46,126 nt of DNA from an uncultured Planctomycetales bacterium (GCA_964510625.1 CAZEBD010000001.1:1-46126), one strand, 5' to 3'. Counted from the stretch's first letter, positions 26,528 through 34,723 are shown. Notes: generated from the sequence alone by a model not told the origin. A program made the numbers and translations.

Positions 26528-26557
26528 GAAACAAAATCGAGTTGTCAATTCCAACTC
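26528..26557 (-). terminator. Terminator-like hairpin plus U tract forming the putative riboswitch expression platform
   Basis: The minus strand reads GAGUUG-GAAUUGA-CAACUC followed by GAUUUUGUUUC, immediately 3' of the aptamer P1 strand. The stem is short (6 bp). Confidence 0.4.
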
Positions 26558-26562
26558 TCGTC

Positions 26563-26652
26563 GGTCTGGCAACCCGGCTATCCTGAGTGTTGCATTGATT
26601 AAGGACCCGTGGCTTTGTGTCCTTAGATTACTCTAAGTTTACCTTTTTGACC
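26563..26652 (-). promoter_or_regulatory. c-di-GMP-I (GEMM-I)-like riboswitch aptamer in the giant-gene leader
   Basis: The minus-strand RNA reads GGUCAAAAAGGUAAACUUAGAGUAAUCUAAGGACACAAAGCCACGGGUCCUUAAUCAAUGCAACACUCAGGAUAGCCGGGUUGCCAGACC. It shows a P1 of GGUC/GACC, a GGUAAAC element, a GNRA-capped hairpin (CUUAGA-GUAA-UCUAAG), ACAAAGCC.CGGG and GAUAGCCGGGUUGCC. These elements are collinear with the Vc2 GEMM-I sequence as I recall it. Confidence 0.6.
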
Positions 26653-26669
26653 TCTTCAACTTACACTCA

Positions 26670-26698
26670 AATATAACACCTGAGATAGACGCTGTCAA
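26670..26698 (-). promoter_or_regulatory. Sigma70-type promoter for the riboswitch and giant gene
   Basis: The minus strand reads TTGACA (26698-26693), a 17-nt spacer, then TATATT (26675-26670). This lies about 10-20 nt upstream of the aptamer. Confidence 0.55.
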
Positions 26699-26794
26699 GT
26701 AAAAAATCGCCAATTTTGGTAACGCTTTCTTTCTCCGGTCCTGCTGCTAAAATCGCAGCCATTCTACCGTAGAAACACACACTGCAAAACATCC

Positions 26795-26836
26795 AAAAAG
26801 GGGACGTTTCCCTCAAAAGGGGACGTTTCCCTTTTT
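26795..26836 (+). repeat. REP doublet (2 direct copies of GGGGACGTTTCCC); left inverted repeat of the RAYT unit
   Basis: The sequence is AAAAAGGGGACGTTTCCCTCAAAAGGGGACGTTTCCCTTTTT. Positions 26795-26832 are the exact reverse complement of 27468-27505. Confidence 0.9.
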
Positions 26837-27029
26837 AGGATGAGATTAATAAGATATTTCTGCTTATAGTTAACAGTTAGATATGCTGTATATATCGCTT
26901 AGTTTTGTTTGGACAAATAAGTGAATAGATTGGACAATCTTAAATTCAAAACAATTAGACTGGACAATATCTAAAGCGGGATTTTTAAGTTAGATTCTTA
27001 CACTAATTTCGTCAATTACTATGGAGATA

Positions 27030-27051
27030 GGGGGACGTTTCCCTCCCCCTT
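27030..27051 (+). repeat. Single REP copy forming a hairpin just upstream of the RAYT remnant
   Basis: The sequence AGGGGGACGTTTCCCTCCCCCT has a 7-bp stem (AGGGGGA/TCCCCCT) and contains the GGGGACGTTTCCC core at 27031-27043. Confidence 0.8.
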
Positions 27052-27085
27052 GTGATTAAGTTTAGTGTATTTTAGGAGGTGTATT

Positions 27086-27455
27086 ATGCCCAGATCCAGC
27101 AGAATAATTGAAGGAAAATCCGCTATTCATGTCATGTGCCGGGGTAATAATAAGCTGCCTATGCGGCCATCTCTGGCAAGGCAGATATAAGAGCGTTGTG
27201 ATTAAATCTAACAGCCAAATCTTACAATGCGGAAAATACATAGAACTTAACCCGGTTCGGGCCGGTATAGTCACAGATCCCGCTCAATATCAATTTAACA
27301 GCTATAGATATTACGCTTTGAGCCATCAAGATTCACTGATTACCCCAAGCCCGGTGTACGAGAATATGGGGATAGGGCCTTTAAAAGCCAGGCAGGCTTA
27401 TATTAGTTTTGTTATAGACAAGGAAATTGGGGGTTTGATACAGAAATCCCGGTAG
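27086..27455 (+). pseudogene. Degenerate REP-associated tyrosine transposase (RAYT / IS200-like Y1 transposase) with an internal deletion and a frameshift
   Basis: A strong SD (TAGGAGGTGTATTATG) is followed by MPRSSRIIEGKSAIHVMCRGNNK..., the RAYT N-terminal HV..RGN motif, which stops at 27188-27190. The +1 frame (track ORF 27108..27455) carries GHLWQGRYKS....YIELNPVRAGIV. The roughly 70-80 aa that normally hold the HUH motif are missing. Confidence 0.7.
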
Positions 27456-27467
27456 AAAAGTTAAGCA

Positions 27468-27505
27468 GGGAAACGTCCCCTTTTGAGGGAAACGTCCCCT
27501 TTTTA
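27468..27505 (-). repeat. REP doublet in inverted orientation; right inverted repeat of the RAYT unit, overlapping the tadC stop codon
   Basis: GGGAAACGTCCCCTTTTGAGGGAAACGTCCCCTTTTT is a perfect 38-bp reverse complement of 26795-26832. Confidence 0.9.
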
Positions 27506-28360
27506 TTTGAAGCCGCCAAGGCCGCCCTGGAGGAAGGTAAGCAGAATTGGGCCGCCTACGATGATGCCGATAACCGGCATAATGCAGAAAATCAGAGGAA
27601 TAAGGATCTTAATCGGTGCCTGTAAAGCAATTCTTTCACCGCGGTGGAATCTTTGGGCGCGGGCATCTTCGGAAAGAATGGTAAAAGCCTCGGTAACCGG
27701 CGTACCCATACGCTCAGCCTGGATAATTGTCTGGGCAAATGAGGTCATTTCAGGTATCTCCAGGCGATGCGCCATATCCTTTAAGGCCTGGATGCGCGGC
27801 TTACCCCATTTTATCTCTTCAGCCACAAAAGCCAACTCCTCAGTCATCGGGGTATGCGGAGTACGCTCAATCACCCATTTTACGGAATTAACAAAATCCA
27901 GGCCGGCCTCGATACAAAGCCCCAGAAGATCAATGGTTTCCGGAAGGCGGCGAGCAATCAGATATTTACGCTTAGCAACCTTACGTTTAATATAGAAATC
28001 CGGCAGCATATAGCCTAAACCAACAGGAATTATTAATGTCAAAGGATCTATTTTCCCGCTGGCCGACACCACCAACACCGCTAAAAGGATGCATAGAATT
28101 ATCTTGAGATTAAAGAATGCTCCGGGTGAGATCTCCATCCGCGCCGCTTCCAGGGTCTTTTTTAAGCTGGCAGCCAGGCCGGTCTTCTGTAAAAGCGGCC
28201 CAGTAGGAAAGATGTTCATAAAATCAAACCCCGGCTTCTGGAATTTGATCTCCGAGCCATCCTGGGCCCTGCGCGGCAGGGTACTGGGCGGAGAATAAAT
28301 CAAACTCCACACCACCAGGCCGATCGCCCCCAGAATCGAAAGTAAGATGACGATAACCAT
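27503..28360 (-). CDS. tadC: Tad pilus inner-membrane platform protein, TadC-like (T2SS-F domain)
   Basis: Track ORF of 285 aa with TM helices flanking a cytoplasmic T2SSF-type domain (LPETIDLLGLCIEAGLDFVNSV...). It lies directly downstream of the TadB-like gene with a 1-nt gap. Confidence 0.75.
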   Translation of the reverse strand: MVIVILLSILGAIGLVVWSLIYSPPSTLPRRAQDGSEIKFQKPGFDFMNIFPTGPLLQKTGLAASLKKTLEAARMEISPGAFFNLKIILCILLAVLVVSASGKIDPLTLIIPVGLGYMLPDFYIKRKVAKRKYLIARRLPETIDLLGLCIEAGLDFVNSVKWVIERTPHTPMTEELAFVAEEIKWGKPRIQALKDMAHRLEIPEMTSFAQTIIQAERMGTPVTEAFTILSEDARAQRFHRGERIALQAPIKILIPLIFCIMPVIGIIVGGPILLTFLQGGLGGFK

Positions 28361-28361
28361 A

Positions 28362-29207
28362 TTAGATTTTGATTGTGCTAAAAATCTTGATCAGGATCAT
28401 CCCCACTACCTGCAGGACTACCGCGGCAATTAAAAGCATCCTGCCCATGTTGGTCTGCAGCATGATATCGAAATGATTTTTATTCACCGAGACCACCCAG
28501 CCCACAAAAGCAATCGGCAAAAAGGACATGATCATACCCTGCATTCTTCCCTGCAGGGTAAGGGTTTTAATATTTTCCCTTAATTTACGGTTATCCCTGA
28601 TGGTTACCGTCAGGCGGCTGAAGACCTTGGGCAGCTCTCCTCCGGTTTCCCTGGCCACCAGCAGGGCATTGACCACCAAACCCAGCTCCTCCAGATTCAT
28701 CCTTTTATTCAGGCGTTTAAGGCACTCCTCTAAAGGAATACCCATACGGTTCTCTCTGACCACCAAGCCTAACTCCTGGCTGATCGGGGCAGGCATCTCC
28801 TCGACGAGAACTTCCAGCCCCTGCAAAAGGCTTAAGCCCCCTTTAATACAGCTGGAAAGCATATTAATCGCATCTAAGAGCTGCTCGTTAAACTTGCGGA
28901 TCCTGATTTTATACCGGGTTTTTAAGATGAAATTCGGGATGGAGACGCCGATAAGCACCCCTAAAATCAAAAAAAGGTTTGATTTTAAGATAACCAACCC
29001 CCAAAAGCCGAAGATTAAAGGCAGGATGAAATAAAGCATGACAATGCCTTTTGGGCTCTTGTCATAAAACATCTTATCCATTTCCTTGCCAAACTCTTCC
29101 TCCTTTTTCTGCTGCCAGAATTGCATCTTCTGCACAATCGGCGGAAGGAGGCTCAAAGAAATTAAAATTACCGCGCACAGGATTAAAAGATTAAGCAAAA
29201 TAAGCAT
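28362..29207 (-). CDS. tadB: Tad pilus inner-membrane platform protein, TadB-like (T2SS-F domain)
   Basis: Track ORF of 281 aa with an N-terminal TM, LLDAINMLSSCIKGGLSLLQGLEVL, and C-terminal TM helices. It is a paralogue of the adjacent gene. Confidence 0.75.
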   Translation of the reverse strand: MLILLNLLILCAVILISLSLLPPIVQKMQFWQQKKEEEFGKEMDKMFYDKSPKGIVMLYFILPLIFGFWGLVILKSNLFLILGVLIGVSIPNFILKTRYKIRIRKFNEQLLDAINMLSSCIKGGLSLLQGLEVLVEEMPAPISQELGLVVRENRMGIPLEECLKRLNKRMNLEELGLVVNALLVARETGGELPKVFSRLTVTIRDNRKLRENIKTLTLQGRMQGMIMSFLPIAFVGWVVSVNKNHFDIMLQTNMGRMLLIAAVVLQVVGMILIKIFSTIKI

Positions 29208-29224
29208 AATATCCCAATTTTTAT

Positions 29225-29389
29225 TTAGCCGGCCTGCTCGCCGCCGCCGATGACATCGATAGACTGCCGGAATTTACCTTGCAGGCTGCGCTTGTAATAT
29301 GCTCCCGCCAGGATTAATACTGCAGTGACCACCGCCAATACCAGCAGATATTCCATCACCGACTGCGCTTTAAAATTTAGTTTTTCCAT
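29225..29389 (-). CDS. flp: Flp-family prepilin (54 aa; below the ORF-track size cutoff)
   Basis: Hand translation gives MEKLNFKAQSVMEYLLVLAVVTAVLILAGAYYKRSLQGKFRQSIDVIGGGEQAG*. It has the A/QSVMEY class-III signal motif and an upstream AAAGAGGA. Confidence 0.8.
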   Translation of the reverse strand: MEKLNFKAQSVMEYLLVLAVVTAVLILAGAYYKRSLQGKFRQSIDVIGGGEQAG

Positions 29390-29525
29390 ATCCGTTATTT
29401 TATCCTCTTTGGGTTAAGATAGTCACTAAAACCAAACATAATCTCACAATAGCAGATTTATGAAAAAAAGCTACTTTTTTTATTGTGTGTTGTTTTGGAA
29501 AGTGTGCGGATTGGAAAATAAGATG

Positions 29526-31355
29526 TTAGCCGGTGCTGGTTATCTCAGGATAATACTCATCTTTAAATTGCCCGATAGCCGCTCCGCCGATACCTACCTG
29601 ATCGAAAGTGGCAGTGCTGTTACTTGTGCTTGACACGGTTCCTGCGGTTTTGGAAGTTACCGTACATTTGACCTCCCAGGCTCCGTCTAAAGTTACAGAA
29701 TCAATATAATGAATCATTAAGCCCGGATAAAGATCGTTTACGCCTTTATAATCCTGTACTTCCTTAGCATTTTTAAAAGATTCCGCACCCCCGGCCGATT
29801 GCCAGACATTATTCCAGATATCATTATTCCATTTTATGAATACCGGTATAGTTGCCTCATTTCCAAGCGAGGCAAAGCTAATTTTGTTTAACCAAACACG
29901 GATTTTTTCTTCATTAGCCTTTAAATCAGCCAACGTGACTGCAAGGGCAGCGTAAGCCTCCGTACAATCATAACCATCTTCGCAAGCCTCGGCATAATAT
30001 TTGGAGTCTTCATAGACAGATTTATTCGATGTGAATAAAGAATCGGCGGTAAGGCCTTCAAAAAACTCCGGCTTAAATGATTCTGTACCCGCTGGAAGTT
30101 TTCCGGTTGCGATAATGGATAAAAGGTCGGCAACATCGCGCAGCGCGTATGATAAACCTACAAAATAATCACCTAACGCGATGCCATCTTTACCCTTCTC
30201 GCCGTTGATCCGTTCATCAACACCGGGTGTAGCCGGATCATCTTTAGCATCGGGATGATAGTAGCGATCACTAGTCATGTCTTGCGGTAAATCATCGTAG
30301 TCGCAAAACAAAGCAGCGGCTTCACGATTGAAAGGATCACCCAGAAAAACAGCAGGCGGAATAGAATATATTATGGGTAGCCCAATATCAAGAGGAACAG
30401 CGTGAAGCATATGTTTTTGCGGAAAGTTCCATTTAGTATGGAACAATTGATAAGTTTGAATCTTAGGTAGCTCACATTTCACCGAAAGTGAACCACCCTC
30501 GTAATCATAAGTAGCCTCTTCCTTAGTCGGGGTTACTCCGGTTACCGGATCCTTTGTCCCTTCAAAAATAGAGCCTGTACCTATCTGGAAATTCAAATCA
30601 TCTCCGCCGCCTCCGGGAATCAGACATGTACCATTATTAAATCCGTAAGTTTGCCCGGTTTCTCTAGCTTGTTTAAAAGCCCCACCCTCACCGCCCTCAT
30701 TCCCTTTCCCGTCTTTATCCCCACTGCCGCCTTGCATAAAACTATCTGCGTTACCGAAATTCTCCATCTGAACGCTTCTGAAATAATCAGTAAATTCGTG
30801 CATAAAATAGAGATAAACAGAAAAAGCCCCCAACTGCTTAGAAGCTTCGTATAAAGCTGCGGCAGCTTGTTTATTAAGATCAGCGGCGGTCAACTCCTTT
30901 GCCCATATTGTACAATCCGGCTCTTTAACCATTTGTTCCATCGCCTGTTTCATTAATTTTTCCGCTTTGTGGCAATAATTAATTGCATTTTCTGCATATT
31001 TGCCTTTAACCGAAGCATTATAAAGAACTTCATACTTTTTACGCATCTCCTCAAAATAATCTTTCAGCTCTTTATAGTAAGTGTCAGTATTCTCCTTATT
31101 CATATACTGCACCGTATTGCCGGGAGTAGGAGGAGGGGTTTTATCCTTGTTCCGAAACACCAATTGATTAAAAGCACCTGCTTCATAAGAAGCAGCAGCC
31201 AGCGCCGCGGCATCGGCGGCATTAGACGCACAACTCTTGGCTACTTTGGCTTTCCCGGTTGCTTTAGTTACCGCTATAAGCGCCAGCAACCCGGCTATGC
31301 AAACCAGCAGAACCGGGAAAATTTGCCCGTTACAGCTGTTTTTATTCTTAAACAC
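29526..31355 (-). CDS. tadG: TadG-like large pseudopilin / putative pilus-tip protein (609 aa)
   Basis: The N-terminus reads NGQIFPVLLVCIAGLLALIAV, followed by the SNAADAAALAAAS motif typical of TadG-like proteins. The C-terminal part is large and unassigned. Confidence 0.55.
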   Translation of the reverse strand: MFKNKNSCNGQIFPVLLVCIAGLLALIAVTKATGKAKVAKSCASNAADAAALAAASYEAGAFNQLVFRNKDKTPPPTPGNTVQYMNKENTDTYYKELKDYFEEMRKKYEVLYNASVKGKYAENAINYCHKAEKLMKQAMEQMVKEPDCTIWAKELTAADLNKQAAAALYEASKQLGAFSVYLYFMHEFTDYFRSVQMENFGNADSFMQGGSGDKDGKGNEGGEGGAFKQARETGQTYGFNNGTCLIPGGGGDDLNFQIGTGSIFEGTKDPVTGVTPTKEEATYDYEGGSLSVKCELPKIQTYQLFHTKWNFPQKHMLHAVPLDIGLPIIYSIPPAVFLGDPFNREAAALFCDYDDLPQDMTSDRYYHPDAKDDPATPGVDERINGEKGKDGIALGDYFVGLSYALRDVADLLSIIATGKLPAGTESFKPEFFEGLTADSLFTSNKSVYEDSKYYAEACEDGYDCTEAYAALAVTLADLKANEEKIRVWLNKISFASLGNEATIPVFIKWNNDIWNNVWQSAGGAESFKNAKEVQDYKGVNDLYPGLMIHYIDSVTLDGAWEVKCTVTSKTAGTVSSTSNSTATFDQVGIGGAAIGQFKDEYYPEITSTG

Positions 31356-31380
31356 AATTCCCTCCTACTATCTTGCCAAA

Positions 31381-31578
31381 TTAACTATTTAAAGGTACCT
31401 CTGGCACACCTGGCGAAGCTTTCTTGCCTGCCTGTGTCCGGGTACCTTCAAAGGCACCTTCCCGCTGCGACAGGTGGGCTAATGACCAACTCCATAAGGA
31501 TACCATCGTTGACATTAAAATTATGGCGATAGCAAAAACCACTGTGTATTCTATTATCGATTGCCCTTTTTTCACCAT
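31381..31578 (-). CDS. Flp/TadE-type prepilin-like protein (65 aa)
   Basis: MVKKGQSIIEYTVVFAIAIILM carries the G/QSIIEY motif plus a hydrophobic helix. Confidence 0.7.
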   Translation of the reverse strand: MVKKGQSIIEYTVVFAIAIILMSTMVSLWSWSLAHLSQREGAFEGTRTQAGKKASPGVPEVPLNS

Positions 31579-31587
31579 TTCCTACCT

Positions 31588-32193
31588 TTAGTTTGGCGTG
31601 TATATACCGTTACCTGCCAATGTGCTGTCCAGGCTAACCGTTGTTTCACCGATATCCATACTGCCGGTTATACTATCGGCATTACTATGCGATTTACCGG
31701 CAACCATGTTTGCCCCGGGAGACTGCCGCTGATGAAGATAACTGCTAGACCTGGCATCGCTGCTAAAACCAAAACTGCTGACAGTAACATCCCCGGCGGC
31801 AATCGAGGTATCCGTAACGGGAATTTCTTGCGTATACTCTTGCTCTCTATTAAGCTGATAATATGCTTTTGATTCGGGGTGTTCTAAGGTGCCGTCTGGT
31901 TTTAGCTTACCATCTGCCCAAAGGACACTATTGCTGTTAGTATATACTCCCAGCTGCCCCATATCTCCGGGGCCGATCACATCAGGTAACCGGCGGAAAT
32001 CCGCGGTTGTCCAAGCTACTGAATTATTAATCTCCTGGGCTTTCTTTAAGTTAGCCCGGAAGGTTTGTTGCATATAAGAATGCGTGCGATTAAAATCTTC
32101 ACTAAGATTGATAATGATAGAAAAGGCCATTAAGATAAACCCGCCGAGAATCGCTAATTCCAAAAGTGCCTGGCCTTTTTGATTTCTTAACAT
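31588..32193 (-). CDS. TadE-like pseudopilin (201 aa)
   Basis: MLRNQKGQALLELAILGGFILMAFSIIINL carries the TadE-type G/QALLEL motif. Confidence 0.65.
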   Translation of the reverse strand: MLRNQKGQALLELAILGGFILMAFSIIINLSEDFNRTHSYMQQTFRANLKKAQEINNSVAWTTADFRRLPDVIGPGDMGQLGVYTNSNSVLWADGKLKPDGTLEHPESKAYYQLNREQEYTQEIPVTDTSIAAGDVTVSSFGFSSDARSSSYLHQRQSPGANMVAGKSHSNADSITGSMDIGETTVSLDSTLAGNGIYTPN

Positions 32194-32229
32194 TTCTCGC
32201 CTCTTGATTTATGACTACCGGCTCAAAAA

Positions 32230-32532
32230 CTAATCGGTAGTTACAACCGGACCGGGATCAGAGGAGGAACTTTCAGTTCCCACATAAGTCCTCACTCCAC
32301 CCTTGGCCTCTGTGGCTGTAATCGATGAATCCGAACCCGATTTAGTCCATTCCGGGCCCGGGTCTCCGGCGGATTGCGTGCTGGATAGTACACTATCCGT
32401 TACATCTTTGATCTTCCCCTGTATGCCTCGCTTAACATAAACCTGCATCCCCATAAATACCAGGCCCACTACGCCGATAATCAGCGCTAACTCCATTAAA
32501 TTCTGCCCTCTCTGAAAAAACTCTTTTCTCAT
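32230..32532 (-). CDS. TadE/Flp-type prepilin-like protein (100 aa)
   Basis: FQRGQNLMELALIIGVVGLVFMGMQVYVKRGIQGK. The 4-nt ATGA overlap with the upstream gene suggests translational coupling. Confidence 0.65.
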   Translation of the reverse strand: MRKEFFQRGQNLMELALIIGVVGLVFMGMQVYVKRGIQGKIKDVTDSVLSSTQSAGDPGPEWTKSGSDSSITATEAKGGVRTYVGTESSSSDPGPVVTTD

Positions 32533-33143
32533 CGCAAAGGCCCCAGTCTTTCATTAATATTCCTGGTAGTAGCGGTATAGGAATCTGAGACACCACGTTG
32601 GCCGCTACTGGATTTATCCGGTGTACGCGACTTCTTAAAGGCCTCCGCTGCGGCTTCAGCAGTCTTACCTAAAGCCTCAAATTTAGCGCCAGTATCACCT
32701 ATATTTTTAAGATCCGTGTATGATGTGCTTTTAGCAAAATCCCATGGGTAGGTTCCGCTTAGAACCTTACCCGCCTCTTCAGAAGCGCTAGAAGTAACCT
32801 GGTTTTCAAAAGTTTGATAAAAACCATACATTGTCTTGTAATTACCCTCTATTGCATCTTGCGCAGCATCTAAAGCTTCTTTCTCTTTATTCTTCTTATC
32901 CTGCATATTTCCGTGAGTAGTGGTAGTGCTGCTTGCCGATTCCTGTTGGATGGTTGAATGTTTCTGCTCTGAGTTGCTCAGCGTGGTATCATACGGGTCA
33001 TATTGCCTGGCTTCTAACTGCTCGGCTTGAGAACGTATATTCCCCTGATTAGAACGGCTGATATAGATGAACAGCGCAATAAAAGCTGCCGTCACCAGCC
33101 CTACCAATATAATATAATCTGTCAGTGCTTGCCCGCGTCTCAT
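32529..33143 (-). CDS. Prepilin-like protein with a 170-aa C-terminal extension (204 aa)
   Basis: MRRGQALTDYIILVGLVTAAFIALFIYI carries G/QALTDY, with Asp in place of Glu5. Confidence 0.6.
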   Translation of the reverse strand: MRRGQALTDYIILVGLVTAAFIALFIYISRSNQGNIRSQAEQLEARQYDPYDTTLSNSEQKHSTIQQESASSTTTTHGNMQDKKNKEKEALDAAQDAIEGNYKTMYGFYQTFENQVTSSASEEAGKVLSGTYPWDFAKSTSYTDLKNIGDTGAKFEALGKTAEAAAEAFKKSRTPDKSSSGQRGVSDSYTATTRNINERLGPLR

Positions 33144-33155
33144 TATATTAAACCT

Positions 33156-33449
33156 TTACCATTTCAGCACACGCTCATTGCCTGTCCTGGTCTGATTACT
33201 GCTTATCGTGGTTGTAGAAGCTCCGCCTTTGGATGAAACTTCAGTCTGAGAGGAATGCGTGACCGTCTTGTAAGTCGACTCGGTATTGCCGGCATCATAC
33301 TGTTCTCCGATCTGATCCGTAGACTCACGCAGCCTGCCCTCAGCCGACCTTTTAATATAAACATTCATCGCAATCAGCGCTGCTACCACCACCCCCAGTA
33401 AAATCACATACTCCAAAGTGCTCTGTGCTTTTGTCCTTAAATAAGACAT
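33156..33449 (-). CDS. Flp-type prepilin, B' paralogue (97 aa)
   Basis: MSYLRTKAQSTLEYVILLGVVVAALIAMNVYIKR...DQIGEQYDAG...NQTRTGNERVLKW. Closely parallels 33850..34155. Confidence 0.75.
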   Translation of the reverse strand: MSYLRTKAQSTLEYVILLGVVVAALIAMNVYIKRSAEGRLRESTDQIGEQYDAGNTESTYKTVTHSSQTEVSSKGGASTTTISSNQTRTGNERVLKW

Positions 33450-33480
33450 ATCCTCCTCCTAATCTTTAATTTCCGCTTTT

Positions 33481-33801
33481 CTACCGCACCCCTGACACAT
33501 TTTGCTGGCCGCTGGTCGTGCTGGTCTCCTGGCCCACGATCGCCCTGACAACCTCCCCACCTTCCCTGGTTTCAGTATTTAATTTAGAATCGCTGCTTCT
33601 GGTAATATCGCTGGAGGCATAATACGGCTCATATTGTTTGGTAACAAACATAGCATCCGGCTGATAGTCGCTGGCGCCTTTGACCTTGGCCATGATCCCG
33701 CGTTTGACATAGACCTGCATAGCCACTGCCGCGGCGATAACTAAACCAATAACAATGGCATACTCAGCTGTGCTCTGACCTTTTCTTTTCCGCCTTAACA
33801 T
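33481..33801 (-). CDS. Flp-type prepilin, A' paralogue (106 aa)
   Basis: MLRRKRKGQSTAEYAIVIGLVIAAAVAMQVYVKRGIMAKVKGASD. Closely parallels 34177..34527. Confidence 0.75.
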   Translation of the reverse strand: MLRRKRKGQSTAEYAIVIGLVIAAAVAMQVYVKRGIMAKVKGASDYQPDAMFVTKQYEPYYASSDITRSSDSKLNTETREGGEVVRAIVGQETSTTSGQQNVSGVR

Positions 33802-33849
33802 TTTCCTACCTCCTTAAAATTGAACTTGACCAGCTTTTTATCTTAGCTG

Positions 33850-34155
33850 CTAATTGCCGCTTTCCCAGGTTTTTACCGTTTCATTCCCGGTCCTGGTCTG
33901 CTCACTGTTAATCTGGGTCTCTGTCCTGCCGCTATTAGACAATACCTCACGCTGGGTTTGCTTGCTGGTAACCAGGTAATTACTCGTGGTTAATCCGGCA
34001 GAATACTGCTCACCGATCTGATCGGCGGCCTGGCGCAATTGCCCCTGGGCCCCTCTTTTCATATAGATACCCATCGCAATCAATGCCGCAACCACTACAC
34101 CGATTAAAATTACATACTCCAAAGTACTCTGCGCCTTTGTTTTTAGACAAGACAT
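33850..34155 (-). CDS. Flp-type prepilin, B paralogue (101 aa)
   Basis: MSCLKTKAQSTLEYVILIGVVVAALIAMGIYMKR...DQIGEQYSAG...EQTRTGNETVKTW. Preceded by AGGAGGTGGGG. Confidence 0.75.
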   Translation of the reverse strand: MSCLKTKAQSTLEYVILIGVVVAALIAMGIYMKRGAQGQLRQAADQIGEQYSAGLTTSNYLVTSKQTQREVLSNSGRTETQINSEQTRTGNETVKTWESGN

Positions 34156-34176
34156 GCCCCACCTCCTAAAAATAAA

Positions 34177-34527
34177 TTATTCAACAGCCTCAATAACCTG
34201 AACCCCGCTTCTAGTAGATTTATCCCCTCCGACGGTGATCCTCTCTACTTTACCGCCAGCCGACATTGTTTCTGTCTTTTCCGCGTCCCTGCTCGAGGTC
34301 AACCCGGGAGAAGTGATATAGTCCGGATCATATTGCCCGCCTTCGACCGAATTTACGCCAAAATCTTCGCCTCCGGTTGCTTCTATTTTTGCGTCGCTGG
34401 CATCTTTCATTTTGGCCTGGATCCCGCGTTTAACATAGACCTGCATGGCCACTGCCGCCGCCAGCACTAAACCAATGACAATGGCATATTCAGCCGTACT
34501 CTGACCTTTCTTAAATTTATTAAACAT
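34177..34527 (-). CDS. Flp-type prepilin, A paralogue (116 aa)
   Basis: MFNKFKKGQSTAEYAIVIGLVLAAAVAMQVYVKRGIQAKMKDASD. Preceded by AAGGAGGCTGCC. Confidence 0.75.
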   Translation of the reverse strand: MFNKFKKGQSTAEYAIVIGLVLAAAVAMQVYVKRGIQAKMKDASDAKIEATGGEDFGVNSVEGGQYDPDYITSPGLTSSRDAEKTETMSAGGKVERITVGGDKSTRSGVQVIEAVE

Positions 34528-34538
34528 TGGCAGCCTCC

Positions 34539-34706
34539 TTAAAAAGCAACCGTTTCGATTTTATCGCTAACCTTGCCCGCTAAGCCCTCGTATGACTCCG
34601 GTAATTTCTTTTTCAGCATCGAGGCTACGGCAATAATCGCCCCCACCACTGCGGCTAAAACAATTACATATTCCAAAGTACTCTGCCCTCTCCTGAATCT
34701 TTTCAT
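34539..34706 (-). CDS. flp: Flp-family prepilin (55 aa; not in the ORF track)
   Basis: Hand translation gives MKRFRRGQSTLEYVIVLAAVVGAIIAVASMLKKKLPESYEGLAGKVSDKIETVAF*. The SD is AGGAGGAGAAGAGATG. Confidence 0.8.
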   Translation of the reverse strand: MKRFRRGQSTLEYVIVLAAVVGAIIAVASMLKKKLPESYEGLAGKVSDKIETVAF

Positions 34707-34723
34707 CTCTTCTCCTCCTAAGA

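Noticed and set aside
27062-27274. Minus-strand 70-aa ORF, and plus-strand ORFs 27483..27995, 28089..28298 and 28528..29034
   Set aside because: These lie antisense or out of frame relative to the RAYT remnant and to tadB/tadC, which have clear family motifs. They have no independent support.
26795-27505. Repeated GGGGACGTTTCCC copies considered as a possible CRISPR array
   Set aside because: Only doublets separated by 6 nt are present, along with isolated or inverted copies. There is no regular repeat-spacer periodicity, no cas genes, and the copies occur in both orientations. This fits REP/REPIN elements, not CRISPR.
29390-29525. A/T-only hairpin (AAAAAAAG-UAG-CUUUUUUU) between the TadG-like gene and the last flp gene, considered as a terminator
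   Set aside because: The stem is almost entirely A-U, so it is thermodynamically weak. It could be a chance feature of an AT-rich spacer, so I did not annotate it.
29921-30136. Minus-strand 71-aa ORF inside the TadG-like gene, and 44551..44844 inside the 701-aa gene
   Set aside because: Both are alternative-frame ORFs nested in well-supported longer genes, without SD sequences or compositional anomalies.
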